Below, piece after piece: positions 1 to 9,409 of a DNA stretch of 64,000 nt. Every line of letters starts with the position of its first letter. Positions within the stretch are counted from its first letter, which is position 1. The notes beneath the pieces were generated by a model. That model was not told the DNA's origin. It ran no database searches and saw nothing but the letters and a program-made list of their open reading frames with translations. The stretch lies in NCBI GenBank assembly GCA_039806955.1, contig JBDHQI010000006.1:16324-80323 (forward strand), given 5' to 3'. Made by a program: the position numbers and the translations under genes. The DNA comes from Verrucomicrobiota bacterium. GTDB taxonomy: Bacteria; Verrucomicrobiota; Verrucomicrobiia; Limisphaerales; JADLHS01.

Positions 1-289
1 GTGGGCGGCAGCGTTGCGATTGCGTTCCACTTCCGCGGATACCCGCTACAATTACGCCCTTTCGTTGAAGGCGGAGGCAAAATATGCACAGGCGATCACC
101 GAACTGGAACGCCTCGTGACCCTGCATCCGGATGAGGCACGAGGACACTTGATGTTGGGCATTCTTTATTCGGAACGAATCATTGACGTTCCAAAGGCGC
201 GCCTGCATTTCAACCGGGTTTTACAACTGGAACCCCAAAATTCCCAAGCCCCGGCCATCCGCTCCTGGCTGGCCAGTCATCCAGGGTGA
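1..289 (+). CDS. TPR-repeat protein, C-terminal fragment (5' end upstream of window)
   Basis: Frame is open from base 2. The text is TPR-like helical repeat (YNYALSLKAEAKYAQAITELERLVTLHPDEARGHLMLGILY...FNRVLQLEPQN). Stop at 287-289. Confidence 0.6.
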   Translation, partial: WAAALRLRSTSADTRYNYALSLKAEAKYAQAITELERLVTLHPDEARGHLMLGILYSERIIDVPKARLHFNRVLQLEPQNSQAPAIRSWLASHPG

Positions 290-354
290 ACGTGGCACGA
301 CTCTCGCTGATTTAACCCGGACGATTGGCCCCTCCGGGGTCGAGTCCAGTAATT

Positions 355-975
355 ATGAACTCGAGTTCAAGTTTGCCGGTTAATTGGTTCGATCTCTTCG
401 TGCTGATCATGCTCGCGGCCGGTTACATCCGCGGCAAGCAGCGTGGCATGTCGCAGGAATTTCTGACTGTGTTGAAATGGGTGGCGTTGATGTTGCTCGC
501 GGCGATCGCCTATCAACCGTTGGGACTGTGGCTCGATTCGGTGGCGCATCTTGGCAAGCTTTGGTCGTTTATCATCGCCTACGTGACCACGGCGCTGCTG
601 GTGTTGCTCGCATTCGTTGCGGTCAATCGAACCTTGGGTGCGCGCTTGAAGGGCACGGATACCTTCGGCAAGGGGGAATTTTACCTGGCGATTCCAGCGG
701 GCATCCTGCGGTTCGCCTGCATCGTCGTGGTGTTCGCGGCCTTGTTGAACGCGCGATATTATTCCACGGCGGAGGTCAAGGCGTCGCAAAAGTACGACCT
801 GGACAATTACGGCAGTAACTTTTTCCCTCGGCTCTACAGCGTGCAGGACGATGTTTTCGTTCATTCCTTCACGGGGAAGCAACTGAAAACCTATCTGGGA
901 TTTCTGCTAATCGAGCCGACCCCGGCGATTTCAGGTCCGCCAACCACCACGGCGCGCAAAGAGTTTACCTGGTAA
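355..975 (+). CDS. CvpA-family (colicin V production-like) integral membrane protein
   Basis: N-terminus NWFDLFVLIMLAAGYIRGKQRGMSQEFL followed by several hydrophobic helices, typical of CvpA. ATG at 355 chosen over the upstream ORF start at 325. Confidence 0.65.
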   Translation: MNSSSSLPVNWFDLFVLIMLAAGYIRGKQRGMSQEFLTVLKWVALMLLAAIAYQPLGLWLDSVAHLGKLWSFIIAYVTTALLVLLAFVAVNRTLGARLKGTDTFGKGEFYLAIPAGILRFACIVVVFAALLNARYYSTAEVKASQKYDLDNYGSNFFPRLYSVQDDVFVHSFTGKQLKTYLGFLLIEPTPAISGPPTTTARKEFTW

Positions 976-998
976 TGAACCCGGACTAGACTGGCCGC

Positions 999-2810
999 GT
1001 GGCCGGGTTGATTTCCGACAGCACTCTCGAACGAGTTCGCGCCGCCAGTGACATTGTGGATGTCATTGGCAGCTATCTGCCATTAAAACGCGCCGGCGCC
1101 AACTTTGTGGCGCTCTGCCCGTTTCATAAGGAAAAATCCCCCAGTTTCAACGTCAATCCGCACAAGCAGATTTTTCACTGCTTTGGTTGCCACAAGGGCG
1201 GGGACGTATTCACCTTCGTCAAGGAACACGAAAACATCGGCTTTGTTGACGCCGTGCGGCGGCTGGCGGACCGGGCCCGAATTCCACTGGAGTTGGATGC
1301 CGATCCCGCCGCCCGGCAGACGCGGCACATCAAGGATCAGTTGCTGCAAATTCACGAGCAAATCACGCAACGCTGGCAAGCCTGTCTGGCCAACGAGGCG
1401 GCAGGGCAGGCCGCGCGTGATTATCTGGCGCAACGCGGTCTTTCTGCCGAAGCCATCAAGCAGTTCCGGCTGGGCGCGGCGCCCGAAGCCTGGGACGACA
1501 CGGTGAACTGGGCCAAAGGCAAGGGCCTCGATCTCGCGGTGATGGAGCAGGCCGGATTGATTTTGAAGAAGGAGGAAACGGGCCGTCACTACGACCGTTT
1601 TCGGGGTCGTTTGATGTTTCCCATTTGCGACGAGCAAGGGCGTGTGATTGGTTTCAGCGGTCGCATTTTGTCCAACGACGACAAAGCGGCCAAGTACGTG
1701 AACTCTCCCGAGACGCCGATCTTCACCAAGAGCAAGGTGTTTTATGCGCTCGATAAATCCAAGCGCAGCATCCTGGACGCCGGATTTGCCGTCGTGTGCG
1801 AGGGGCAGCTTGATGCCATTGCCTGTCACCAGTCCGGAGTGCGGAATGTCGTGGCGCCGCAGGGCACGGCGTTCACCGATCAGCACGCGCGGATTCTCAA
1901 GCGTTACGCGGATGAAGTGGTGCTGTGTTTTGATTCCGATCAGGCCGGACAAAACGCCATCGTGCGGTCGCTGGATCATCTGCTCGCGTCGGGGCTGGCG
2001 ATTCGCGTCGCTGTCGTGCCCGCGCCGCATGATCCGGACAGTTTCATCAAGGCCAATGGCGCGGCCGCCTTTCAACAATTGATCGCGAGCGCCGTCGGAT
2101 TTTTCGATTTCTACCTGGACCGACTTTGCCGCGTCAACGACGTCACGACCGATCGCGGACGATTGACCGTCGTGCGCAGCATGGGCGAGGCGGTGCGCAA
2201 AACGGGTCATACCGTGTTGTTGGATAATTACGCGCAGCAGACGGCGCTACGGCTCGGAGTGCAGCCGGACGCGGTGCGGCAGGAGTTTAATAAAATCACG
2301 GCGACCGCCAATCCGGCGGATGATTATGCCGATGCCGAAGCCGCCGGCGAGGCGACGGTAGCGCCAGGATTACCACCACCGGCGATGATCGAGTCCTGGC
2401 TGCTGAAACTGGCCTTGCAGCATGAGCCGGGATTGGACTGGCTGGTGGCACATTTGGACCCGGCCTGGATTCAACATTCCCACGTGCGCAACGTGGTGAC
2501 GCGACGTCTGAAAGCGCACCAGGAGAGTACCTGGCGCGGTTTGGCGGCGCTGTTGGATGAGTGCGAATCTCCCGCGTTGGCGAGCTTGATCACGCAATGG
2601 ATCGCCGATGAACGCGAGCTGCCGAATCCGGACCAACAACTGGCCGATGTGGTTTTGCGCATTCGGAATCAATTCGCGGATCAGCAGATCGCCACCTTAC
2701 TTCAGCAGTTGAGCCAACCCGGAATTACCGATGCGCAAAATTTGCAGTTATTGGGCAATCTGCAACAGTGGCGCCAGTACAAGCAACAACCGCTCGGCCC
2801 ATTGACGTAA
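999..2810 (+). CDS. dnaG: DNA primase
   Basis: CHC2 zinc finger CPFHKEKSPSFNVNPHKQIFHCFGCHKGGD, a Toprim region (VVCEGQLDAI...CFDSDQAG) and a C-terminal helicase-interaction region. GTG start. Confidence 0.95.
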   Translation: MAGLISDSTLERVRAASDIVDVIGSYLPLKRAGANFVALCPFHKEKSPSFNVNPHKQIFHCFGCHKGGDVFTFVKEHENIGFVDAVRRLADRARIPLELDADPAARQTRHIKDQLLQIHEQITQRWQACLANEAAGQAARDYLAQRGLSAEAIKQFRLGAAPEAWDDTVNWAKGKGLDLAVMEQAGLILKKEETGRHYDRFRGRLMFPICDEQGRVIGFSGRILSNDDKAAKYVNSPETPIFTKSKVFYALDKSKRSILDAGFAVVCEGQLDAIACHQSGVRNVVAPQGTAFTDQHARILKRYADEVVLCFDSDQAGQNAIVRSLDHLLASGLAIRVAVVPAPHDPDSFIKANGAAAFQQLIASAVGFFDFYLDRLCRVNDVTTDRGRLTVVRSMGEAVRKTGHTVLLDNYAQQTALRLGVQPDAVRQEFNKITATANPADDYADAEAAGEATVAPGLPPPAMIESWLLKLALQHEPGLDWLVAHLDPAWIQHSHVRNVVTRRLKAHQESTWRGLAALLDECESPALASLITQWIADERELPNPDQQLADVVLRIRNQFADQQIATLLQQLSQPGITDAQNLQLLGNLQQWRQYKQQPLGPLT

Positions 2811-2819
2811 AAAGCAAAC

Positions 2820-2845
2820 GGCGCGAGTGGTTGTCCACCCGCGCC
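2820..2845 (-). terminator. Hairpin plus T-run on minus strand, likely terminator of the 2869-3309 gene
   Basis: GGCGCGAGTGG-ttgt-CCACCCGCGCC stem-loop. On the minus strand it is followed by GTTTGCTTTTTAC. Confidence 0.45.
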
Positions 2846-2868
2846 GCGCAAGTAAAGTATTCGCGAAC

Positions 2869-3309
2869 TTACTTCGCGCCTTGTTCCACCCAGGCCCGCA
2901 CCAGACTGACCTGCTCCTTGGTCAGCGGCGCGATCTTCGCCTTGTTGTCCTTGGGCGGCATCCAATCGTCTTCGTCGCCGGGCAGGTTGGCAATATTGCG
3001 CAACAACATGCTCTTCTCACTTTTTCCCGGGACGACTACTGCTCCGTGCTTTGAACCCGCCATGATGTGCTCCAGTGAGTCCAGTCGCAGCCGCGCTTTA
3101 TCACGCTTTTCGCCGTGGCAACCGGTGCAGGACTTGTCAAAAATAGGTTTGATATCCTTGGCATAGGTGACACCCGTTTTCGTGGCGGCTGGCGGCAGTT
3201 TGTCCACATCCACCTGACGTTCCTCGGCTTGGGATGGGCTCAAGATCAGAGTCATTGCCAGTCCCATCAGTGCCACCCCGCCTCGCTTTAAGATATTTTG
3301 GTATTTCAT
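2869..3309 (-). CDS. Small secreted Planctomycete-type cytochrome c domain (PSCyt1-like) protein
   Basis: Signal-peptide-like N-terminus (MKYQNILKRGGVALMGLAMTLILSPSQA). Haem motif CTGCHG inside IKPIFDKSCTGCHGEKRDKARLRLDS, which parallels the N-terminus of the 58057 protein. Confidence 0.75.
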   Translation of the reverse strand: MKYQNILKRGGVALMGLAMTLILSPSQAEERQVDVDKLPPAATKTGVTYAKDIKPIFDKSCTGCHGEKRDKARLRLDSLEHIMAGSKHGAVVVPGKSEKSMLLRNIANLPGDEDDWMPPKDNKAKIAPLTKEQVSLVRAWVEQGAK

Positions 3310-3435
3310 GGTCTTTATTAAAAGCCGTGAAATTGGAATGAAAGATCGGCTCGCTGTCAAAAAGAATTAACAACAAACTTCACGAACAGTAATGCCCCGC
3401 TTGCGGGGCGCGGCCAATTCAGTTACCCCTACGGC

Positions 3436-4272
3436 GTGAGTGCGGAGCGATTTTTGGATGCGACGCTGGTCTTGCTGGGGCACGGCACGACGCGCAATGA
3501 AGATTCCCAGTTGCCGGTCTGGCAACATGCCGAGGCATTGCGGCGGCGCGGAATGTTCGCTGCCGTTCATCCCGCCTTTTGGAAACAGACCCCGCAAGTC
3601 CAATCCGTCCTGACCACGATCAAAACCCCGCGGGCATTTCTGGTTCCGCTGCTGATCAGCGAGGGATACTTCGCCAATGAAGTGATTCCACAAGCCCTGG
3701 GTTTTTCCAATCACACCACGCTGCAATTGGAAAATACGCGAGTGCATTATTGTCAGCCGGTGGGAACGCACCCTGGTATGACCCGGATTTTGGTGAATCG
3801 CGCCACCGAGGTCGTGGCACAGTTTCCATTTCCGTATGCGCCAAAGCCAAATAATTTGACGTTGTTCATCGCCGGACATGGCACGCCGCGACATCCGCAA
3901 TCACGCCTGGCCGTCGAGCAACAGGCGAGGGCGATCCGTGCGTTGCACCGGTATGCCGAGGTGCGGGATGTTTATCTCGATGAAGCGCCGTACATCAAAG
4001 GCTGCCAGCAGTTGGCGTCCACGCGCGCGGTTGTCGTGGTGCCGTTTTTCATCGGCGATGGGTTGCATGTGGTGGAAGATATTCCCGTGCTGCTGGGTGA
4101 GCCGGAACGTCTGGTGAAAGAACGGCTTGCCGCCGGCCAGCCGACTTGGCGTAACCCATCCGAGAAGCACGGTAAACTGACTTGGTACGCGCCCGCCGTG
4201 GGGCGCGCGCCAGAGCTTGGCGAAATCATCCTCGAACGGGTGCGCGAAGCGGACGCGAGAACAACAACATGA
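3436..4272 (+). CDS. CbiX/SirB-like two-domain chelatase-family protein
   Basis: Two CbiX-like halves (LLGHGTTRNEDS... and FIAGHGTPRHPQS...VVVPFFIGDGLHVVEDIP). The stop overlaps the next start (ATGA at 4269-4272). Confidence 0.65.
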   Translation: MSAERFLDATLVLLGHGTTRNEDSQLPVWQHAEALRRRGMFAAVHPAFWKQTPQVQSVLTTIKTPRAFLVPLLISEGYFANEVIPQALGFSNHTTLQLENTRVHYCQPVGTHPGMTRILVNRATEVVAQFPFPYAPKPNNLTLFIAGHGTPRHPQSRLAVEQQARAIRALHRYAEVRDVYLDEAPYIKGCQQLASTRAVVVVPFFIGDGLHVVEDIPVLLGEPERLVKERLAAGQPTWRNPSEKHGKLTWYAPAVGRAPELGEIILERVREADARTTT

Positions 4273-5363
4273 AACAACTGCGTTGGGGCATTCTAGGCGC
4301 GGCCAACATTGCGCGAAAAAATTGGCGCGCGATCCGGCACAGTGGCAACGCCACGTTGACCGCGGTGGCCAGTCGCGATCCGCAACGCGCCCGCGCCTTT
4401 GTGGACGCGTGCCAGAGTGTGGAGCCGTTCACGCCTGAGCCGGTGATTTACGATGGTTATGAGGAGTTGATCGCGGCGCCGCAGGTGGATGCGGTTTACG
4501 TTCCGCTGCCAACCGGGCGGCGTCAGGAATGGATCCTTCGCGCCGCCAAAGCCGGCAAGCACATTTTGAGCGAAAAACCCTGCGCCATCCGACTCGCGGA
4601 TTTGGAGGAGATTCTGGCCGTGTGCCGCGAGCGGCGCGTGCAATACATGGACGGGGTGATGTTTACCCATAATCGGCGGCTGCAACAGTTGCGACAGGTG
4701 TTGGACGATGGGGTGTCGGTCGGGGATTTGCGGCGCATCACTTCGCACTTCAGTTTTTTGGGCGACGCCGATTTTTTCCGCAATGCGATTCAAATGGACC
4801 ATTCGCTTGAACCCCTCGGTTGCCTCGGCGACCTGGGCTGGTACAGCATCCGACTCGCACTGTGGGCCGTGAACTGGCAGTCGCCGCAGTCCGTTTCGGG
4901 GCGAATTTTGGAACAAGTCAGGGATGTTTCAGGTCAAGCCGCCGTGGCCACGGCATTTTCCGGAGAACTGATTTTTCCCGGCGGCGTCTCGGCGGATTTT
5001 TATTGTTCTTTCGTGGCGGAGAACAGTCAGTGGGCGACGCTGACCGGCACGAAAGGTTACGTGCGGATTCCGGATTTTGTGCTGCCTTTTACGAACAGCA
5101 CTCTGGCGTTCGAGACGAATCAAATCCAGGCCAGTGCGCAGGGATGCGACTGGCGTTTGGAGCACACGGCGCGCGCCGTGCCATTTACCGAGTTGGAAAC
5201 CAATCCTGCGACGGCGCAGGAGACGAACATGTTCCGTCATTTTAGCCAGCAGGTGTTATCCGGACAGCTCAACGAGGACTGGCCGCGCGCCGCCTGGCGC
5301 ACCCAACAAGTCACCAACGCCTGTATGGACGCGGCTTTGCAGCGTCAGTCTGACCGCAGCTAA
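4269..5363 (+). CDS. Gfo/Idh/MocA-family NAD(P)-dependent oxidoreductase
   Basis: N-terminal Rossmann motif MKQLRWGILGAANIARKNW and EKP motif (HILSEKPCA). ATG 4269 chosen over the ORF start at 4182. Confidence 0.85.
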   Translation: MKQLRWGILGAANIARKNWRAIRHSGNATLTAVASRDPQRARAFVDACQSVEPFTPEPVIYDGYEELIAAPQVDAVYVPLPTGRRQEWILRAAKAGKHILSEKPCAIRLADLEEILAVCRERRVQYMDGVMFTHNRRLQQLRQVLDDGVSVGDLRRITSHFSFLGDADFFRNAIQMDHSLEPLGCLGDLGWYSIRLALWAVNWQSPQSVSGRILEQVRDVSGQAAVATAFSGELIFPGGVSADFYCSFVAENSQWATLTGTKGYVRIPDFVLPFTNSTLAFETNQIQASAQGCDWRLEHTARAVPFTELETNPATAQETNMFRHFSQQVLSGQLNEDWPRAAWRTQQVTNACMDAALQRQSDRS

Positions 5364-5407
5364 AACAATCTTTCGTTGCGTCGTCATTTTTCGCTACTCT
5401 GCGCCGC

Positions 5408-6298
5408 GTGCGATTTCGAAAAGTAACCATCATCGGTGTGGGTTTGCTGGGCGGCTCGATTGGCCTTGCCTTGCGCCGCCGCAAACTGGCCGGAGAGATC
5501 GCTGGTTACGTGCGCCGTGAGGCCAGCATCACTGAATGTGAACGGGCGGGAGCGACCGATTACGCCACCACGGATTTGCTGGCGGCGGTTTCGGGCGCGG
5601 ATTTGATTGTGCTTTGCACGCCGTTGGCGCAGATGAAATCGCTCGTGCGGCAAATGCTGCCGGCGCTGAAACGCGGTGCGATTGTTACCGACGTGGGCAG
5701 CGTGAAAGCGAGTGTGGTGCAGGATGTGGAGGCGTTGCTCCACCAGGCGGGCGCGTATTTTGTCGGCAGTCATCCGATGGCGGGCAGCGAGAAGCAAGGG
5801 GTGCTGGCGGCACGCGCGGATTTGTTTGCTGACGCGATTTGTGTGGTGACTCCGACACGGAAGACCCATCCCGCCGCGTTGCGAAAGGTGGAAACACTCT
5901 GGAAAAACCTGGGCGCGCGGTTGCTCCGCACGACGCCGGAAGCGCACGACGCTTTGGTCAGTCGTTCCAGTCATCTGCCGCATCTGCTGGCGGCGACGCT
6001 GACCAATCTTGTGTTGAATCCCAAACTGCCGAAAGAGCAGGTCAAACTTTGCGCCACGGGTTTCCGCGACACGACGCGCATCGCGTCCGGCTCGCCGGAG
6101 ATGTGGCGGGATATTGTGCTGGCCAACCGGGACCAACTGCGCGTGACGTTGGATCACTATGTTCGGGAACTGCAAGCCGTGCAGGGATTGTTGCGTTCAA
6201 AGCGCCAGAATGCGGACAAAATTTTGACGCTGTTCCAAACTGCGAAAACCCGGCGCGACAACTGGTGCGCGGGCGGCGCGTCACCTTCTCAAGAATAA
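5408..6298 (+). CDS. tyrA: Prephenate/arogenate dehydrogenase
   Basis: VTIIGVGLLGGSIGLAL Rossmann motif, GSHPMAGSE catalytic motif and a C-terminal dimerisation region. Lies next to aroA. Confidence 0.9.
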   Translation: MRFRKVTIIGVGLLGGSIGLALRRRKLAGEIAGYVRREASITECERAGATDYATTDLLAAVSGADLIVLCTPLAQMKSLVRQMLPALKRGAIVTDVGSVKASVVQDVEALLHQAGAYFVGSHPMAGSEKQGVLAARADLFADAICVVTPTRKTHPAALRKVETLWKNLGARLLRTTPEAHDALVSRSSHLPHLLAATLTNLVLNPKLPKEQVKLCATGFRDTTRIASGSPEMWRDIVLANRDQLRVTLDHYVRELQAVQGLLRSKRQNADKILTLFQTAKTRRDNWCAGGASPSQE

Positions 6299-6307
6299 TA
6301 TCAATCG

Positions 6308-6438
6308 CAGATGAACACCGATAAACACGGATTATTTCGACGCGAATTACGCGAATGGTCGCGGATTCAATACGTGTTAATTCGTGAAATTCGCCTCAAG
6401 GCTGTTTCCCATCCGTATTCATCCGTGTTTATCTGTGG
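6308..6438. repeat. Nested inverted-repeat (REP/MITE-like) element in the tyrA-aroA spacer
   Basis: Perfect 13-nt inverted repeat GATAAACACGGAT (6320-6332) / ATCCGTGTTTATC (6421-6433), with extra half-copies (gatgaacaccg, atccgtattc). An inner imperfect inverted repeat is cgaattacgcgaat / attcgtgaaattcg. Confidence 0.55.
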
Positions 6439-6443
6439 TTGAA

Positions 6444-7934
6444 ATGGCCTTACCCGATCTCATCGAAATCATCCCGCTGACGCAGCCCGTGCGCGCGGAA
6501 ATCACCGTGCCGGGATCCAAGAGCATCACCAATCGCGCACTCATCCTCGCGGCGCTGGCGGATGGCGAGGTGACGCTGACCGGCGCGTTGTGGAGCGAGG
6601 ATACACAGGTGATGACCGAGGCGTTGCGGACGCTGGGTTTCGACGTGCGTGTAGAGAATGACCCGGCGGAGTTTTGCAATCGCACCATCACGGTGAAAGG
6701 GCAGGGCGGGAAGATTCCCAAGGCGGGCACGGCGGAGCAACCGCTGGAATTATTCGTCGGCAATGCGGGCACGGCGGCGCGGTTTTTGGCGGCGCTGGTT
6801 TGTCTGGGCGATGGCGTGTATCGCCTGAGCGGGGTGCCACGGATGCACGAGCGGCCGCAGGCGGAACTGTTTCAAGCCTTGCGCGAGCTGGGTTATCGCG
6901 TCGAATCGGAAAAGGGAAATGACAAATTGCCGGTAATCATCAGTCACAGAGCCACAGAGCGCACCGAGAAAAAATCCGACTCTGTGCCTCTGCGGCAAAA
7001 AACCTGCAAGGTCAGTATCGCAGAAAGCTCGCAGTTTGCCTCGGCACTGCTGCTTTCCGCCAAGCGCGGCGGGTGGGAGGTGCATGTGGCGGGTGACGAT
7101 GCCGAGGAAGCGCCTTATGTCAAGATGACGGAAAAGTTGGTGGCAGTATTTCCGTGGAAGGGTGGAACATTTCAGATTGAGCCGGACGCGAGCAGCGGGA
7201 GTTATTTTTGGGCGGCGGGATTCTATACAGCTCCGCCATCTGATCAACCAACGAATCTGAATCTTGAAGGTGAGAAGTTGATTTTAACGCTGGATTGGGC
7301 ATCAAGCGTGGTCGTTTCGTCTTGGCCGCAATCAGAGTGGCAAATTGATGCGAGCTTTCCTGAAGCAATGTTTTCGATTGCCGCATCATCGGTTGGGTTG
7401 GGCGCTTTTGAAACAGAGTCAACTATGTGCCTGCAATATGGCGTTGACTGGCGTGAAAACGAGGAAGTTTGTAAAGATTTTGGCGGCATGCGTTTGAGCC
7501 TCTCTCGGGCGTCGGACTTGGGAGATAGCATAATGACCGGAATTGTCGTTGGCCCCTTTGGAATAACTCCAATTACATATAAAGACCTTGGCCGCCTGCG
7601 GGTTCAAGAATGTGAGCGCGTCGTCGCGTTGCGAACGGAATTGACCAAGTGCGGCGCGAAGGTCATCGAGGAAGGTGATACGCTGACGGTTTATCCATCC
7701 AAGCTGCACGGCGCGGAGATTGAGACCTACAACGACCATCGCATGGCGATGTGTTTCGCGATTCTGGGATTGAAAGTGCCGGGCATAAAACTCAAGAATC
7801 CTGCCTGTGTGAAGAAGACGTTCCCCAACTTTTTCCAAAAACTTGCCGCGTCGCCGCCGCACGGGCTGGGCGTGGAGATTCGCGACGGGCGCACGGGACG
7901 GAAGTTGGAAGGAGACGAGTTGTTTGCGGATTGA
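6444..7934 (+). CDS. aroA: 3-phosphoshikimate 1-carboxyvinyltransferase (EPSP synthase)
   Basis: PGSKSITNRALILAALA, SSQFASALLL, PDASSGSYFWAAG, NDHRMAMCFAILGL and KKTFPNFF motifs. ATG 6444 (MALPDLIEI) chosen over GTG 6384, which lies inside the upstream repeat element. Confidence 0.93.
   Translation: MALPDLIEIIPLTQPVRAEITVPGSKSITNRALILAALADGEVTLTGALWSEDTQVMTEALRTLGFDVRVENDPAEFCNRTITVKGQGGKIPKAGTAEQPLELFVGNAGTAARFLAALVCLGDGVYRLSGVPRMHERPQAELFQALRELGYRVESEKGNDKLPVIISHRATERTEKKSDSVPLRQKTCKVSIAESSQFASALLLSAKRGGWEVHVAGDDAEEAPYVKMTEKLVAVFPWKGGTFQIEPDASSGSYFWAAGFYTAPPSDQPTNLNLEGEKLILTLDWASSVVVSSWPQSEWQIDASFPEAMFSIAASSVGLGAFETESTMCLQYGVDWRENEEVCKDFGGMRLSLSRASDLGDSIMTGIVVGPFGITPITYKDLGRLRVQECERVVALRTELTKCGAKVIEEGDTLTVYPSKLHGAEIETYNDHRMAMCFAILGLKVPGIKLKNPACVKKTFPNFFQKLAASPPHGLGVEIRDGRTGRKLEGDELFAD
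6944..7004. repeat. Hairpin repeat element embedded in-frame in aroA
   Basis: CACAGAGCCACAGAG (6945-6959) pairs with CTCTGTGCCTCTGCGG (6980-6995) around an A-rich loop. It translates as SHRATERTEKKSDSVPLRQKT, which has no counterpart in E. coli AroA as recalled. Confidence 0.5.
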
Positions 7935-7967
7935 TTGCCGTGGCTGCGTTCGTCAGAACGCGGCTGA

Positions 7968-8684
7968 TTGGTGGTTCGTCTGCGCTTAACATTTGCCGCA
8001 CTCTTACGAGTGCCGCCACAAAAATTGAAAACGAAACATCCCATCGTCATCGCCATTGATGGCACGAGCGCCAGTGGCAAAAGCACCAACGCCAAACTGG
8101 TCGCGAAAGCGCTTGGCTACGTTTATGTGGACACCGGCGCGATGTATCGCACGCTGGCGTGGTATTGCCTGACCAATCGGATTGATTTCCACGATGGCAA
8201 GGCCGTCGCGGCGGCGTGTCGCCGATGGAAAACCAAACTGGAAGTTGCGGACGCGCGGGTGCGACTCACGGTGGACGGTTATTTTCCCGAGAAGGAAATT
8301 CGCGAATCAAATGTCAGCATGGTGGTGTCGCTCATCGCCGCCGTGCCGAAGGTGCGCGAGTGGATGAAGAAAACGCAGCGCGCTTGCCTCCAATTCGGCA
8401 ACCTCGTGATGGAGGGGCGAGACATCGGTACGAATGTTTTCCCCGAGACGGATTACAAATACTATCTTGACGCGCAAATTGAGGAGCGAACCAAACGCCG
8501 CCAGGCGGAAGGCGTGAATGAAAATCTCGCCGCGCGGGATCGGCGCGACAGCCAGCGCGCCGCGGCGCCCTTGATGATTGCGCTGGGCGCGAAAGTCATC
8601 AACAACTCGAATATGACGGCGGCGCAGACCAGCGGGCTGTTAATCAAGGACATTCAAGAACGGTTGAAGGCGGACGGGCGATGA
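7968..8684 (+). CDS. cmk: Cytidylate kinase
   Basis: IAIDGTSASGKST P-loop, YVDTGAMYR, GRDIGT. The start is uncertain (TTG 7968, or TTG 8025 just before the P-loop). Confidence 0.9.
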   Translation: MVVRLRLTFAALLRVPPQKLKTKHPIVIAIDGTSASGKSTNAKLVAKALGYVYVDTGAMYRTLAWYCLTNRIDFHDGKAVAAACRRWKTKLEVADARVRLTVDGYFPEKEIRESNVSMVVSLIAAVPKVREWMKKTQRACLQFGNLVMEGRDIGTNVFPETDYKYYLDAQIEERTKRRQAEGVNENLAARDRRDSQRAAAPLMIALGAKVINNSNMTAAQTSGLLIKDIQERLKADGR

Positions 8685-9334
8685 ATCCGGTTTACTTTCT
8701 GGGATGGTGTTTTTTCCGGCTGACCTACCGGCTGTATTGCCGGGCGGAATGGTTTAATCCCGAGCGTGTGCCGGGTTCGGGGCCGCTCATTTTAGCCGCC
8801 AACCACGCGAGCATCATTGACCCGCCGCTGGTGGGCACCGGATTGAACCGCGGCATCAGCTATCTCGCGCGCGAATCGCTCTTTCGTTTTCCCGGCGTGG
8901 GTTGGGTGCTGCGGAATTGGGACGCCGTGCCGGTGGACCGTGACGGCGGCGGCGCGAAAGGGTTAAAGATCATTCTGGATCGGCTGTTGGGCGGAGCGGG
9001 AATCATTCTATTCCCCGAAGGCACACGGACGTTGGATGGCAAACTTCAGCCGGCGCGATCGGGCATTGGTTTAACCGTCATCAAATCCACGGCGCCGGTC
9101 GTGCCCGTGCGCGTGTTCGGCACCTTCGAAGCTTATGGCAAAGCGGCCCGCTTCCCCAAGCCGCGCAAGATTGCCGCGAAGTATGGCAAGCCGATGATGT
9201 TTGTCGAACTGCGGGCCGAGGCAAAAACCTGTTCCAAAGCGCGGTTGAAGCAGATTTATCAGGAAGTCGCCAATCAGATCATGGCCGAGATCGCCAAACT
9301 GGAGCCGTGCGAAGACAAGGAAAGTTTTCCGTAA
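8681..9334 (+). CDS. plsC: 1-acyl-sn-glycerol-3-phosphate acyltransferase
   Basis: Acyltransferase motifs ANHASIIDP (HX4D) and FPEGTRT. ATGA overlap with the cmk stop. Confidence 0.85.
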   Translation: MNPVYFLGWCFFRLTYRLYCRAEWFNPERVPGSGPLILAANHASIIDPPLVGTGLNRGISYLARESLFRFPGVGWVLRNWDAVPVDRDGGGAKGLKIILDRLLGGAGIILFPEGTRTLDGKLQPARSGIGLTVIKSTAPVVPVRVFGTFEAYGKAARFPKPRKIAAKYGKPMMFVELRAEAKTCSKARLKQIYQEVANQIMAEIAKLEPCEDKESFP

Positions 9335-9409
9335 CCGGAACTCAAAAACCAGAAGTGAATTTATGAGTTTGTGAGTTTGGGTGGCGGAATTGCTGGCGGA
9401 AGAGCCGAC

